Origin: Phycisphaeraceae bacterium
GTDB lineage: Bacteria; Planctomycetota; Phycisphaerae; Phycisphaerales; Zrk34
Length of the DNA: 64,000 nucleotides
Assembly (NCBI GenBank): GCA_040905565.1
Contig: JBBDRF010000062.1
Location: 1 to 64,000, forward strand
Direction: 5' to 3'
The translations under genes and the position numbers were made by a program. Positions 19,001 to 28,710 of this stretch are shown one piece after another. Below the pieces are notes generated by a model. That model was not told the origin of the DNA and did not search any database. It saw only the letters and a list, made by a program, of their open reading frames with translations. How positions within the stretch are numbered: position 1 is the first letter of the stretch; each line of letters starts with the position of its first letter.

Positions 19001-20164
19001 TTATCGCAGCTTCAGCGTCGCGAGGCCGATGGCGGCGAGGAGGGCGGTGATGAGCCAGAAGCGGACGACAACCTGCTGCTCGGTCCAGCCGATGAGGTGG
19101 AAGTGGTGATGGATCGGGGTGCATCGGAAGAGGCGTGAGCCGCCCGTCGCTTTGAAGTAGCTGACCTGGAGGATGACGCTGACGGCTTCCATGACCAGGA
19201 CGCCGCCGATGATGACGAGCAGGAACTCGGCCCGGATGACGACGGCGATGTAGCCGATGAGGCCGCCGAGCGGGAGCGAGCCGGTGTCGCCCATGAAGAC
19301 TTTCGCGGGGTGGCAGTTCCACCAGAGGAAGCCGAGGCATGAGCCGACCATGGCACCGGCGACGACGGCGAGTTCGGCACTGCCTGGGATCATGGGGATG
19401 AGCAGGAAGGTGGCCCAGCGTTCCATGCCCGAGATGAGGGTGAGGATGATGAACGCGAAGGCGACGATGGCCATGATGCCGCTGGCGAGGCCGTCCATGC
19501 CGTCGGTGAGGTTGACGGCGTTGGAGGTGCCGGTGATGACGAGGATGGCGACGATGCCGAACATCCAGGGGCCGAGGACGATGACGCTTTCGGCGAGGTC
19601 GGACGTGCCGGGTTCGAGCGTGCGCTGGCCTGGGAGGTTGAGGATGTGGGTTTGCGTGTTGTTCATGCCGAAGTAGTGGATGAACAGGCCGAGGACGAGG
19701 GCGATGCCGACCTGAAAGACGAGTTTTTCCCAGGTTTTCAGGCCCTCGCGGGAGCCGAGCGCCCGGCGTGCGCTGGTGAGTTTGAGGTAGTCATCGACGA
19801 GGCCGAGCGCGGCGAGCCAGACGAGGCAGATCATCGCCATGTGGATGTAGAAGTTGGTGATATCGGCCAGGAGGAACATGGACAGGCCGATGGCGCCGGC
19901 GATGAGGATGCCGCCCATGGTGGGTGTGGCGGACTTCTGCTTCATCAGCTTGTTGAGATCGGCGTTATAGAACTCGGGGTTGTCACCGATCTTCATCCGC
20001 ATGAGCCAGCGGATGGTGCGTTTGCCCATGAGGACGACGAAGAAGAAGCTGAAGATGAGGGCGCAGAGGGTGCGGAACTCCGGCCACTGGAAGACCTGCA
20101 AAAAGCGGTAGAGGCCGAGACTTTCGAGCCAGTCTCGCAGAAGATTGAGGAGGAATACGACCAT
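19001..20164 (-). CDS. mraY: phospho-N-acetylmuramoyl-pentapeptide transferase
   Basis: TPTMGG, DDYLK, NAVNLTDGMDGL, VFMGDTGS and PIHHHF motifs. Confidence 0.96.
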   Translation of the reverse strand: MVVFLLNLLRDWLESLGLYRFLQVFQWPEFRTLCALIFSFFFVVLMGKRTIRWLMRMKIGDNPEFYNADLNKLMKQKSATPTMGGILIAGAIGLSMFLLADITNFYIHMAMICLVWLAALGLVDDYLKLTSARRALGSREGLKTWEKLVFQVGIALVLGLFIHYFGMNNTQTHILNLPGQRTLEPGTSDLAESVIVLGPWMFGIVAILVITGTSNAVNLTDGMDGLASGIMAIVAFAFIILTLISGMERWATFLLIPMIPGSAELAVVAGAMVGSCLGFLWWNCHPAKVFMGDTGSLPLGGLIGYIAVVIRAEFLLVIIGGVLVMEAVSVILQVSYFKATGGSRLFRCTPIHHHFHLIGWTEQQVVVRFWLITALLAAIGLATLKLR

Positions 20165-20201
20165 GCCGGGGGTGTTATACCACGATTGGAAAGCGGGTGA
20201 G

Positions 20202-21635
20202 TCAGCGTGAGAGGGCGTCGGGTTCGCGGTCGCTTGAGAGGCGATGTTCGAGGGTTTGGATGAGGCGTTCCATGCGCATGCCGCGCGATCCTTTAAGCAG
20301 CACGGTGTCGCCGGGTTGTAGCAGGGCGGCGACCTTTTCGAGCGTGCCGGGTTCACCCCAATCGGGCAGGGCGAGCACGCGATCGGACGGCAAAGTTCGA
20401 TTGACGGCCTCGGCGGCGAACATCATCAGCGGCCCGGCGAAGACGGCGAGATCGAGCTTGGCTGCGAGGACCTGCTCCCCGACCTGGCGGTGGCGTGCGG
20501 CGGCTTCGTCGCCGAGCTCGAGCATGTCGCCCAGCACGGCGACGCGGCGGCCGGTGGCGGGATAGTCGGCGAGGACGCCGAGGGCGGCGGCGACGGAATC
20601 GGGGTTGGCGTTGTAGGCGTCGTTGATGAGCGTGATGGCGCGGTCGCCCCGGCCGACGGTGCGAACCTCCAGCCGCATGTCAGCGGGGGGAGCCTCGGCG
20701 AGGGCCTCGGCGATCTGCGCTTCGCTCAACTGCATGTGCCGGGCGACGGCGATGGCGGCGAGGGCGTTCATCGCATTGTGACGACCGAGCATCGGCAGTC
20801 GATAGCGCGTGCGATCGTTGACCTCGAAAGTGCAGGCGGTGGCGTCGGGCTGATAGTCGGTGAGGCGGAGGTCGCAGCCGGGCGCGGTGCCGAAGCTGAG
20901 CGTGGCACGGACAATCTTGCGGTAGGGGTGCAGGCCGGCGATGTCGCCGTTGACGATGGCGAGCCCGTCGGGCTGGAGATGGTTGAGCAGGGAGGCTTTT
21001 TCTCGCAGGATGGCGTCGAGGCTGCCGAGCCCTTCAAGGTGGGCGGCGCCGACGTGGGTGATGACGGCGACGTCGGGCTGGACGATTTTGGCGAGGGCCG
21101 CGATCTCGCCCGGGGCGTTGGTGCCGACTTCGACGACGGTGTACGCATCGCCCCGCTGTGCCTGCAGCAGCGTCAACGGGACGCCGATGTGATTGTTGAA
21201 ACTGCGGGGGCTGGCGCTGCCTCGGTGATGGCGGGAAAGGATCGTCTGAATCAGATGTTTGGTTGTGGTCTTGCCCGCCGATCCCGTGATGGCGATGACG
21301 CGACCGGTGAGACCGCGACGGTAGGCGGTGGCCATTTGAGTGAGGGCCTTGAGGGTGTCGTTGACGACGAGAACGTCGCAGCGGTCGGCCAGGGCGGCGG
21401 CGGCTTCAGGGCGATCAATCATCAACAGCCCGGCCCCGGCCTCGGCGGCGGCTTCAAGGAAATCGTGGCCATCGAAGTTGTCGCCACGCAGGGCGAGGAA
21501 GACCTGCCCGGGGATGAGGCTGCGGGTGTCGGTGCTCAGGCCCTGCAGGTCCCGGTGGGAAGGCGAGGTGTCGGGAGAGGGCAGATAGCGGCCGCTGGTG
21601 ACGTCGCGCAGGGAGCGGGGGGTCCAGAAACTCAT
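20202..21635 (-). CDS. murF: UDP-MurNAc-tripeptide--D-Ala-D-Ala ligase
   Basis: ITGSAGKTTTK, SFNNHIGVP, NDAYNANP and LLKGSRG motifs. Confidence 0.95.
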   Translation of the reverse strand: MSFWTPRSLRDVTSGRYLPSPDTSPSHRDLQGLSTDTRSLIPGQVFLALRGDNFDGHDFLEAAAEAGAGLLMIDRPEAAAALADRCDVLVVNDTLKALTQMATAYRRGLTGRVIAITGSAGKTTTKHLIQTILSRHHRGSASPRSFNNHIGVPLTLLQAQRGDAYTVVEVGTNAPGEIAALAKIVQPDVAVITHVGAAHLEGLGSLDAILREKASLLNHLQPDGLAIVNGDIAGLHPYRKIVRATLSFGTAPGCDLRLTDYQPDATACTFEVNDRTRYRLPMLGRHNAMNALAAIAVARHMQLSEAQIAEALAEAPPADMRLEVRTVGRGDRAITLINDAYNANPDSVAAALGVLADYPATGRRVAVLGDMLELGDEAAARHRQVGEQVLAAKLDLAVFAGPLMMFAAEAVNRTLPSDRVLALPDWGEPGTLEKVAALLQPGDTVLLKGSRGMRMERLIQTLEHRLSSDREPDALSR

Positions 21636-23143
21636 GCCTTCTCCTGCTGCGAAACTTGCCGGCGGGCGAGGGCTTCGCGTGCCACGGCCCGGTCGTCGAA
21701 CGTGATCTTCTCGTGACCGAGGATCTGATAATCCTCATGCCCCTTGCCCGCCAGCAGCACCACGTCGCCCGGCTCAGCTTCGATGATGATCTGCTCGATG
21801 GCACGGCGGCGATCCGCCTGAACGGCCACGCGCGGGAGGTCGGCTTTCGGCACGCCTGCGAGGATGTCGTTGATGATCTGCTGGGGGTCCTCCGTCCGGG
21901 GATTGTCGGACGTGACCATGATCGCATCGGCGAGGCGGCAGGCGACCTGCGCCATCCGGGGCCGTTTCGGTGCGTCACGATCGCCGCCGCATCCAAAGAG
22001 CACCCGCAGCTTTCCCGATGTGATGGGGCGTAAGGCGTGCAAGACGTTCTCGAGGGCGTCGTCGGTATGGGCGTAGTCGACGAAGACGCTGGGCTGTGCG
22101 GGGGAGGGGGTAAGGACACGCTCGAGGCGGCCGGGCACCTGCGGACAGTGGGCGATGGCGTCGGCGAGCTGGTTCACGTCCACCCCGGTCGCGTGGACGG
22201 CTGCGAGGGCGGCGAGCATGTTTGCCACGTTGTGCCGACCGACCAACGGCGAGGCCGCCTCGACACTGCCCCACGGTCCGTGAAAGGCGACGTGGCCGTC
22301 TACTCTTTTCTCTGCACGCACCGTGTTGCCTTCGGGATGGTCGGACATGGTGGTGACGGGGAACGTAGCGGGCATGGTGAACCGCAGCACCTTCGCCCGG
22401 CAGCCGGCGAGCATCACAGCGTTGGCGGCGTCGTCGGCGTTGACCACGGCGGTGCCTTTGGGCGGCAGCATGGTCATCAGCTTCGCCTTGGCCGCGGCGT
22501 AGGCCTCCATCGTGAGGTGGTAGTCGAGGTGGTCGCCGGTGAGGTTGGTGAAAATGCCGACGTTGAAGCTGAGCCCATCGACGCGGCCCTGATCGAGGGC
22601 GTGGCTGGAAACCTCCATCACGGCGGTGTCGCAACCGCTGGCGACCATCTCGCTGAGCAGGGCGATCATCTCCAGGCGGCCGGGCGTGGTGAGCGCGGCG
22701 GGGCGGCTCGCCTGGCCGGTGTCGACCTCGATGGTGCCGATGAGTCCGCAGCGGTGCCCGGCGGCGAGCAGCAGGTGCCGAATCAGAAAGGCGGTGGTCG
22801 TCTTGCCGTTCGTGCCGGTGATGCCGATGAGCGTGAGGCGGTCGGCGGGGTGATCGTGTAGCCGCTGGGCGAGGGCGACGGCGGCTTCCATCGCATCGTC
22901 GGCGAGCAGCAGCGCGACGCCGGGGGGGACCTCGATTGCTTGATCGCTGAGCACAGCGACGGCTCCGCGTGCGACGGCGTCATCGATGAATTTGTGACCA
23001 TCGCTCTGCGTGCCGGTGCGGGCGACAAACAGCGTGCCGGGTGCGGCGGTGCGGGAATCGTCCGTTACGTGCGTCACCACCGCGTCGGTGGGACCGGCGG
23101 CATGGCGAACGGGCAGATTGTCGATCAGCGTCACGAGTTTCAT
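21632..23143 (-). CDS. murE: UDP-MurNAc-L-Ala-D-Glu--meso-DAP ligase
   Basis: GITGTNGKTT, MEVSSH, DYAHT, DNPR (DAP-type) and AGKGHE motifs. Confidence 0.96.
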   Translation of the reverse strand: MKLVTLIDNLPVRHAAGPTDAVVTHVTDDSRTAAPGTLFVARTGTQSDGHKFIDDAVARGAVAVLSDQAIEVPPGVALLLADDAMEAAVALAQRLHDHPADRLTLIGITGTNGKTTTAFLIRHLLLAAGHRCGLIGTIEVDTGQASRPAALTTPGRLEMIALLSEMVASGCDTAVMEVSSHALDQGRVDGLSFNVGIFTNLTGDHLDYHLTMEAYAAAKAKLMTMLPPKGTAVVNADDAANAVMLAGCRAKVLRFTMPATFPVTTMSDHPEGNTVRAEKRVDGHVAFHGPWGSVEAASPLVGRHNVANMLAALAAVHATGVDVNQLADAIAHCPQVPGRLERVLTPSPAQPSVFVDYAHTDDALENVLHALRPITSGKLRVLFGCGGDRDAPKRPRMAQVACRLADAIMVTSDNPRTEDPQQIINDILAGVPKADLPRVAVQADRRRAIEQIIIEAEPGDVVLLAGKGHEDYQILGHEKITFDDRAVAREALARRQVSQQEKA

Positions 23144-23214
23144 GCGGTGTTATCCAGCGGCGGGCCCGTAAAGTTTATCGGCCGAACGGGCGCCGCGCGT
23201 GCAAACACACCAGC

Positions 23215-23301
23215 AGCCGGCTTGTCCAGAAGCCGGTCATCGCCGCAATCATCAACTGGTCCGGGAACGCTGAGCATGACCGGGTTGGGGACAACCCGGC
23301 T
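23215..23301. repeat. inverted pair of family B hairpin repeats
   Basis: AGCCGGCTTGTCCAGAAGCCGGTCAT and ATGACCGGGTTGGGGACAACCCGGCT; near-identical singlets at 5041-5069 and 15025-15053. Confidence 0.8.
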
Positions 23302-23307
23302 CTTTTT

Positions 23308-23646
23308 TTAGATGCCGATGCCCCAGAGCAGTAGCGAGATGGCGACGGCGGCGATGATGAGGACCGTCATGATGGATCGGCCCTTGCTGGGGGCGGCAAT
23401 CTCTTCTTCAGTGATCCAGTGGCCGCAGTGCGTGCATTGGGGCGCGTCGTCGTAGGTCAGCTCGCCGCAGGCGGGGCAGTGGATCTCGTCTTCGCGGGCG
23501 CCGTCTTCGAGCAGGTGGGCGTCGTGCTCGTCGGGGCCGAGGGGGTCGAACTCGAAATCATCGTCGTCTTCAGGATCGACGTCCGCCGCTTCGGGCTCGG
23601 CGTTCGGGTCTTTGTAGTAAGGGTAATCGTCTTCGTCAGTTCGCAT
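23308..23646 (-). CDS. acidic zinc-ribbon protein with C-terminal TM helix
   Basis: CPACG...CTHCG; start MRTDEDD overlaps the upstream TPR gene. Confidence 0.75.
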   Translation of the reverse strand: MRTDEDDYPYYKDPNAEPEAADVDPEDDDDFEFDPLGPDEHDAHLLEDGAREDEIHCPACGELTYDDAPQCTHCGHWITEEEIAAPSKGRSIMTVLIIAAVAISLLLWGIGI

Positions 23647-24658
23647 CCTGCAAGGCCTCCTCAAGCGCCAGCACGGTCTGATGATTGGTGCTGATGCGTC
23701 TGGCGTATTCGTGATACCGTTTGGCGTGTTCGTATTGCTGAGCCCGGTAGAACGCCAAACCGGTTTCGGCGGCGGCGCGGGCGTTGCCCGGTTCCAAGGC
23801 GAAAAGCTCACTCCAGACGGCGGCGGCCCGCTCGGGTTGATCGAGCATGTAATAGCCTTCGGAGAGCTGCTGCACGACGCGCTGCTCCTGCTGCTTGCCA
23901 GGCGGCAGGGCGAGCAGCACAGCCTGAGCGCCATCGGCGTTACCGTCGCGCCTCAGCAGCTCCGCCTTCTGAAGCGTGTAGTTCACGTAGTGACGCTCCT
24001 CGCGATCGGTCTGCTCCAGGGCCTGATCGACCAGGGCGATGGCCGCTTCGATGTCATCCTGCCGGGCCGCGATCTCCGCCTGCATCGAGTAGATCTGCGA
24101 CAGCGTGGCATCGAGCCGTTGGGCGCGTTCGAGATGGACCGAAGCCTCGTCGATTTCGTCGAGCCGAATGTGCGCCTGGGCGAGATACATGGCGTAGCCG
24201 GCCACCTGCGGGGCAAGTTCGGTGGCCCGGATGTAATGGTCGCGTGCTTTTTCAAACTCCCGGTTCTGCTCAGCGAGCAAAGCGGTGAGAAACTGCACTT
24301 CGTGATCGCCGGGATCGATCTGCACGCTGCGGTCGGCGTGGCGGTAGGCCTCGGCGAAGGCGTCCTCAGCCATCAGCAGCTTGGCCATCAGGGCGTGGGC
24401 CTGGGCTTCATCGGGATAGCGCTGGAGCAGGCGTTCAAGGATGAGGCGAGCTTCGGGGAGACGATCGGAATTGATGTAAAAGTCGACCGCTTCGCGAGCT
24501 TTAGTCAGCTCTTCCTGCGTCTGGGCGTCAAGCGGAGCGTCGGCATCGCCGGTGCGATTCTGGATCAGCACAACCGCGGAGATGCCCACGATCAGCACGA
24601 GCAGACCCGCAGCAAGGAGGGGGAGATACCTGGCGATTCCCTGGGTGTTCGCTGTCAT
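23636..24658 (-). CDS. tetratricopeptide repeat protein with N-terminal anchor
   Basis: tandem TPR-like helical repeats after a hydrophobic N-terminus. Confidence 0.85.
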   Translation of the reverse strand: MTANTQGIARYLPLLAAGLLVLIVGISAVVLIQNRTGDADAPLDAQTQEELTKAREAVDFYINSDRLPEARLILERLLQRYPDEAQAHALMAKLLMAEDAFAEAYRHADRSVQIDPGDHEVQFLTALLAEQNREFEKARDHYIRATELAPQVAGYAMYLAQAHIRLDEIDEASVHLERAQRLDATLSQIYSMQAEIAARQDDIEAAIALVDQALEQTDREERHYVNYTLQKAELLRRDGNADGAQAVLLALPPGKQQEQRVVQQLSEGYYMLDQPERAAAVWSELFALEPGNARAAAETGLAFYRAQQYEHAKRYHEYARRISTNHQTVLALEEALQDAN

Positions 24659-24706
24659 ACGACCAGCGTATCCGCCTCGGTCGTCCGGGCCAACTCCTTA
24701 GGCCAG

Positions 24707-24950
24707 GAGCCGCGACCGTGAGCGGAGCGGTCGGCTCAAAGCGACATCGCATTGGGAGGTAGGTTTCGCCCGTCGTGTCTGAGAGCGATCGTGTCGACAC
24801 GGGCCCGGAGCGCGACGACCGCTTCCTGACCAGTCTTTTTCATCTGTTGCGTAAGTCGTTGATTTTCGCCGGTAGCCGAGGCCACCGTTCGTATGCACGG
24901 CGTGCGCAAAATCCTGGCGCACAACCGCTCCCTTACGGTCGCGGCTCGTA
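24707..24950. repeat. REPIN-like pair (family A)
   Basis: GAGCCGCGACCGTGAGCGGAGCGG ... CGCACAACCGCTCCCTTACGGTCGCGGCTCGT. Confidence 0.75.
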
Positions 24951-25022
24951 TTCAGCGCTTTGAGACGCCCTAAGCGATCAGCTTCCAAGACTGTCACGGG
25001 CGCGGCTCGGAAGGCGGATTCA

Positions 25023-26204
25023 CTAAGCGAGCCGCTGAGTGATGAAGCACATGATCTGGCGTTCGAGGCGGAGGATGTGGAGGGTATAGGGGCGGGTGCC
25101 TTGGCCTCGCAGCTTCTGCTGGATGGGGTTGGGGTCGACAGCTCCGCCTCGCGTTTTCACCTCGATGATGCCCGCGTCGTGCGCCCGCAGCCAGGCTTTG
25201 ACCTTGCCCGAGCGCCAGGGCATGGTCTCCAGCAGTTCGAACGGCGTCAGCCACGGGCTCTCGATCAACGCCTTCGAGGTCAGCAAACCCAAGGCGGGGC
25301 GAATCGCCCCGGCTCGGACGCTTCGGCATAGGGCGCCCATCAACCCCGCCCGCTCGATGGCCGGTTCAACGGCGAGCAGGTAACGGCGGGGTTGATCGAT
25401 CGGGATCGAAAGGTTGGGCTGCCCGGCGAAGCTGACGCCGACTGCCTCGTCACGCATGAGTTTCGTGGCCGTTCTGCTGCCGTTTTCCCCGCGCGCCAGC
25501 CTGCCGAGCCAGAGCACAGCCTGCACCAACGTTGAGCCGCGCTGGATGAGTTCGACTTCGCCGGGGGGAAGATCCTCGAGTTCGACGCCCGGGCCAAGCT
25601 TGATTGCCCCGGCCTCGCAGTTTTCGAGCAGGTGATCGATGAAGTCGGGGCCGGGTTCGAGATCGGCGTAGCGGTGGGCGCGGCGGCCGTGCTGTCGCCG
25701 TTCGGGATCAAAGTGAAACGCGCCGCCCCGGGCGTTCAGCTGTTGGAGGTCCAACGTCGTCACGTCGGCCGCGGCTGTCGGGATGCGGTGGCCGGTGAGC
25801 TGTTGCACGTTGTGGCGCGCCATCCACGCGCGCCGAAAATCGCGATCGACGGCGATGACCTTCGCGACGTCCGCCAGCGCCATGGTGTCGCCGCCGATGC
25901 CGCAGCAGAGGTCGACCACGCAGGGGACCTCCGCCTCGGCGAAGCGTCTGGCTTTGTGCCTGGCGACATCGAGCGAACTGGCCTGCTCCACGCCCACCGC
26001 GTCGGCGAGCATGGTGTCGGCGAGGTCGCCGAATTTCGCGTGCGCCTTCTGCCTGGCTTTGAGTAGATCCACCGCCTGCCCGACGATGTCGGCCGGCCAG
26101 CGTTTGCGGAGGCGGAGGATGGCGGGTGCGTCAAGCTTCCCGAGTTCGCGGGCTTCGGTTAACAGCTCCGGCGCATCAATCAGCTTGGCGAAGGGGATTT
26201 CCAT
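25023..26204 (-). CDS. class I SAM-dependent methyltransferase with THUMP-like C-terminal domain
   Basis: EQASS, VVDLCCGIGGD and FDPERR motifs. Confidence 0.85.
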   Translation of the reverse strand: MEIPFAKLIDAPELLTEARELGKLDAPAILRLRKRWPADIVGQAVDLLKARQKAHAKFGDLADTMLADAVGVEQASSLDVARHKARRFAEAEVPCVVDLCCGIGGDTMALADVAKVIAVDRDFRRAWMARHNVQQLTGHRIPTAAADVTTLDLQQLNARGGAFHFDPERRQHGRRAHRYADLEPGPDFIDHLLENCEAGAIKLGPGVELEDLPPGEVELIQRGSTLVQAVLWLGRLARGENGSRTATKLMRDEAVGVSFAGQPNLSIPIDQPRRYLLAVEPAIERAGLMGALCRSVRAGAIRPALGLLTSKALIESPWLTPFELLETMPWRSGKVKAWLRAHDAGIIEVKTRGGAVDPNPIQQKLRGQGTRPYTLHILRLERQIMCFITQRLA

Positions 26205-26214
26205 GGGAGGTTTT

Positions 26215-26886
26215 TTAGATGCCGCGCCGCGTGGCGTTGGGGATGAGGTTGTCGTGGCCGGGGATGACCCAGTCGGCGATCTCGATGACCTCGGCCATGC
26301 TCTCGCGCGCCAGCTTTACGTCGTACGCGCCTTGCAGGACCTGGCCTCGCTCAAAGTGTTCGACGGTCGGCACGGCATCGCCGGCGACGATGACGGTGGA
26401 CGCGGGCAGCGCCAGCAACAGACCACAGGTCCCGACGCTGTAGCCGGGCAGTGGGAACAGGTCGACGTGCTCGGCGAATTTATCCTCGGCTGCCTTGGTG
26501 GCCTGAAGGATCGCGATCTCCTGCTGCAGCAGTTGCTGGGTCTCTTCGTCGGTTTCTTCGGAGAGCTTGCGGACGAGGTCGACGCCGATGGTCTCGCGTT
26601 CCGCTTCGCTGATCCACCAGCGGGCGTGATCGAAAAGCCTCAGCCCCCCGCGGTGGGTCGGCCGAAAGCTGGTCAGGAAGATGTCGGTGACAGCTTCGGG
26701 CTTGAGGCCGCTGCGTTCGTTGAGGCGGGCGGCGAGGACCTGCTCGGGCAGGGCCGGATCGACGAGGATGGTGCGATCGCCGCTGCGGATCAGCGTCGTC
26801 GTGGCGTGCGGCACGCGCACCGGCTGCCCCTCGTTCCAGAGCGGATGATGCGACAACGTGCCGATGCTGATGATGCGAAAGTCCAT
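26215..26886 (-). CDS. MBL-fold metallo-hydrolase-like protein
   Basis: ILVDP, VAGDA and VIPGHD motifs; metal motif degenerate. Confidence 0.8.
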   Translation of the reverse strand: MDFRIISIGTLSHHPLWNEGQPVRVPHATTTLIRSGDRTILVDPALPEQVLAARLNERSGLKPEAVTDIFLTSFRPTHRGGLRLFDHARWWISEAERETIGVDLVRKLSEETDEETQQLLQQEIAILQATKAAEDKFAEHVDLFPLPGYSVGTCGLLLALPASTVIVAGDAVPTVEHFERGQVLQGAYDVKLARESMAEVIEIADWVIPGHDNLIPNATRRGI

Positions 26887-26949
26887 GATTCAGTGTTTCC
26901 CAAGGATGCCCCAGCCCGCGCTTGCGTTGCGGCGGTTTGCATGCGGGCG

Positions 26950-26984
26950 AACGCACAACCGCTTCCTTACGGGCGCGGCTCGTT
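26950..26984. repeat. single family A repeat arm
   Basis: AACGCACAACCGCTTCCTTACGGGCGCGGCTCGTT. Confidence 0.7.
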
Positions 26985-26999
26985 TTCGGGCGTTTATGC

Positions 27000-27602
27000 T
27001 TATTCTACGTCGGTGGTGGCTCGGGCGAGTTGGCGGAGTCGGTCGAGCTTGCCGCGCATGCGCTCGATGACCAACGGCGGCAGCAGGCGGCTGAGCCGAT
27101 CCAGATTTCCAGCCGCGGCGATCTGTTTGATCAGACTGGAACTGGTAAACCCGTAGGGCTCGCCGGACATGATGAGCACCGTTTCGATATCGGCCACGGC
27201 ACGGTTGGTGAGCGCGAGCTGAAACTCGTGCGAGAGGTCGGTCGCGTTGCGCAGGCCCCGCAGGATGATGGTCGCGCCGCATTGGCGGGCGAAGTCGACG
27301 GTGAGGCCTTTGAAGCTGGCGACTTCGACGCTGAGCCCTTCGTCGGTGATGATCTGCTGGACCATCTCCAGGCGTTCGTCGATGGTGAACAGATCCTGCT
27401 TGGCGGGGTTGGTGCCGATGCCCACGATCAGCTTATTGAAGAGATTCTGCCCGCGACGGATCACGTCCAGATGCCCGTTCGTGAGTGGATCGAACGTTCC
27501 CGGGAAGAGCGCGACACGCTCACCGGACGATGCGGTTGCACCGGCGGATTCGGGAACTGTGGCAGAATCTAAGCCGTCGTTAGCAGGCGGTGAAGGGCTC
27601 AT
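27000..27602 (-). CDS. coaD: phosphopantetheine adenylyltransferase
   Basis: FPGTFDPLTNGH, ILRGLR and SSSLIK motifs; ATG 27602 preferred. Confidence 0.95.
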   Translation of the reverse strand: MSPSPPANDGLDSATVPESAGATASSGERVALFPGTFDPLTNGHLDVIRRGQNLFNKLIVGIGTNPAKQDLFTIDERLEMVQQIITDEGLSVEVASFKGLTVDFARQCGATIILRGLRNATDLSHEFQLALTNRAVADIETVLIMSGEPYGFTSSSLIKQIAAAGNLDRLSRLLPPLVIERMRGKLDRLRQLARATTDVE

Positions 27603-27642
27603 GGCGGACATTGTAACGGGTCGGCGCGTGGGCGTGAGCGGT

Positions 27643-28485
27643 TCAGGTGATGCGGTCGCCGAGGAATAGGCGGAGGAGGTTGGGGACGTCCTCAGGATCG
27701 CGGTCGCCGGCGCCGTAGCCGATTTTCTCGACGTTCATGGCGGGGATGGGGCCGAAGGAAGTCGCCAGTGCGGCGACGATGGCGGCACCGGTGGGTGTGA
27801 CCGTTTCACCTTCACGATCCACGCCCTGGTGCGGCACGCCTCGCAGAATTTCAGCGGTCGCGGGGGCAGGCAGGGGCATGCGTCCGTGGTCGCAATCGAC
27901 GAAGCCGTAGCCGATGGGCAGCAGGCCGGTGCTGATGGTGTCGACATCCAGGAACTCAAGGGCGACGGCTGAGCCGAGCATGTCGACGATGGAATCGACC
28001 GCGCCGACTTCGTGAAAGTGGACCGCGTCGAGGGCGATGCCGTGGACGGCGGCCTCGGCTTCACCGAGCCTGGTGACGATGGCACGGGCCCGCTGTTTGC
28101 CGCGCTCGGCCACGTTAAGCATCTCTATCATTGCCATGATGGTGCGGTAGGTTCCCCCCCCGCCTTGCCCGCATGTTGCTTCGGCTTCGTGGGAGTGGGA
28201 GTGGTCGTGGGCGTGATCATGCTCATGTGAATGTGCATGGTGATGATCGTGATGGTGAGAAATCGAGGAAGTCGTCGGGACAGGTGGGGGGGTGACTTTG
28301 AGGTCGAGGCCGCGGATGCCGTGGCGGTGCGTTTCGGCCACGGTGATGCTGAACGGCCGTTGGATCGGCAGCGGTGCGAGCGCGTCCTCGATCGCCTGCA
28401 ACGGCACCCCCAGATCGATGCAGGCGCCGAGGAACATGTCGCCAGCGATCCCCGCGAACGGATCGATATGTAGATGCTTGCCCAT
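27643..28485 (-). CDS. larC: LarC-family nickel insertion protein, N-terminal part only
   Basis: GIAGDMFLG, His-rich linker, HFHEVGAVDSIVD, PAPAT, TPTGAA and NLLRL motifs. Confidence 0.85.
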   Translation of the reverse strand: MGKHLHIDPFAGIAGDMFLGACIDLGVPLQAIEDALAPLPIQRPFSITVAETHRHGIRGLDLKVTPPPVPTTSSISHHHDHHHAHSHEHDHAHDHSHSHEAEATCGQGGGGTYRTIMAMIEMLNVAERGKQRARAIVTRLGEAEAAVHGIALDAVHFHEVGAVDSIVDMLGSAVALEFLDVDTISTGLLPIGYGFVDCDHGRMPLPAPATAEILRGVPHQGVDREGETVTPTGAAIVAALATSFGPIPAMNVEKIGYGAGDRDPEDVPNLLRLFLGDRIT

Positions 28486-28538
28486 AGTTTGAAGTTTAGA
28501 GTTGTAGATCTCCGGCGGCGCGCCGCCATCCCTTTTTT

Positions 28539-28646
28539 GAACCACAGAGTCACAGAGGGGGAGGAGAGAGGCAGGAGGGAGTGAAGCAAAAACATCTTCC
28601 TTCTCGTCCTTTTCTTACCTCCTTTTCCTCTGTGACACTGTGGTTC
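28539..28646. repeat. ACCACAGAG-type inverted repeat element (family C)
   Basis: GAACCACAGAGTCACAGAGG and CCTCTGTGACACTGTGGTTC, 20 bp, one mismatch. Confidence 0.8.
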
Positions 28647-28691
28647 TTCTTCTTCTTCTCCTTCTTCTTCTTCTTCTTCTTCTTCTTCTTC
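28644..28691. repeat. trinucleotide microsatellite (TTC)5-TCC-(TTC)10
   Basis: read directly from the sequence. Confidence 0.95.
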
Positions 28692-28710
28692 GACCTGTTA
28701 TGCTTGTTGC

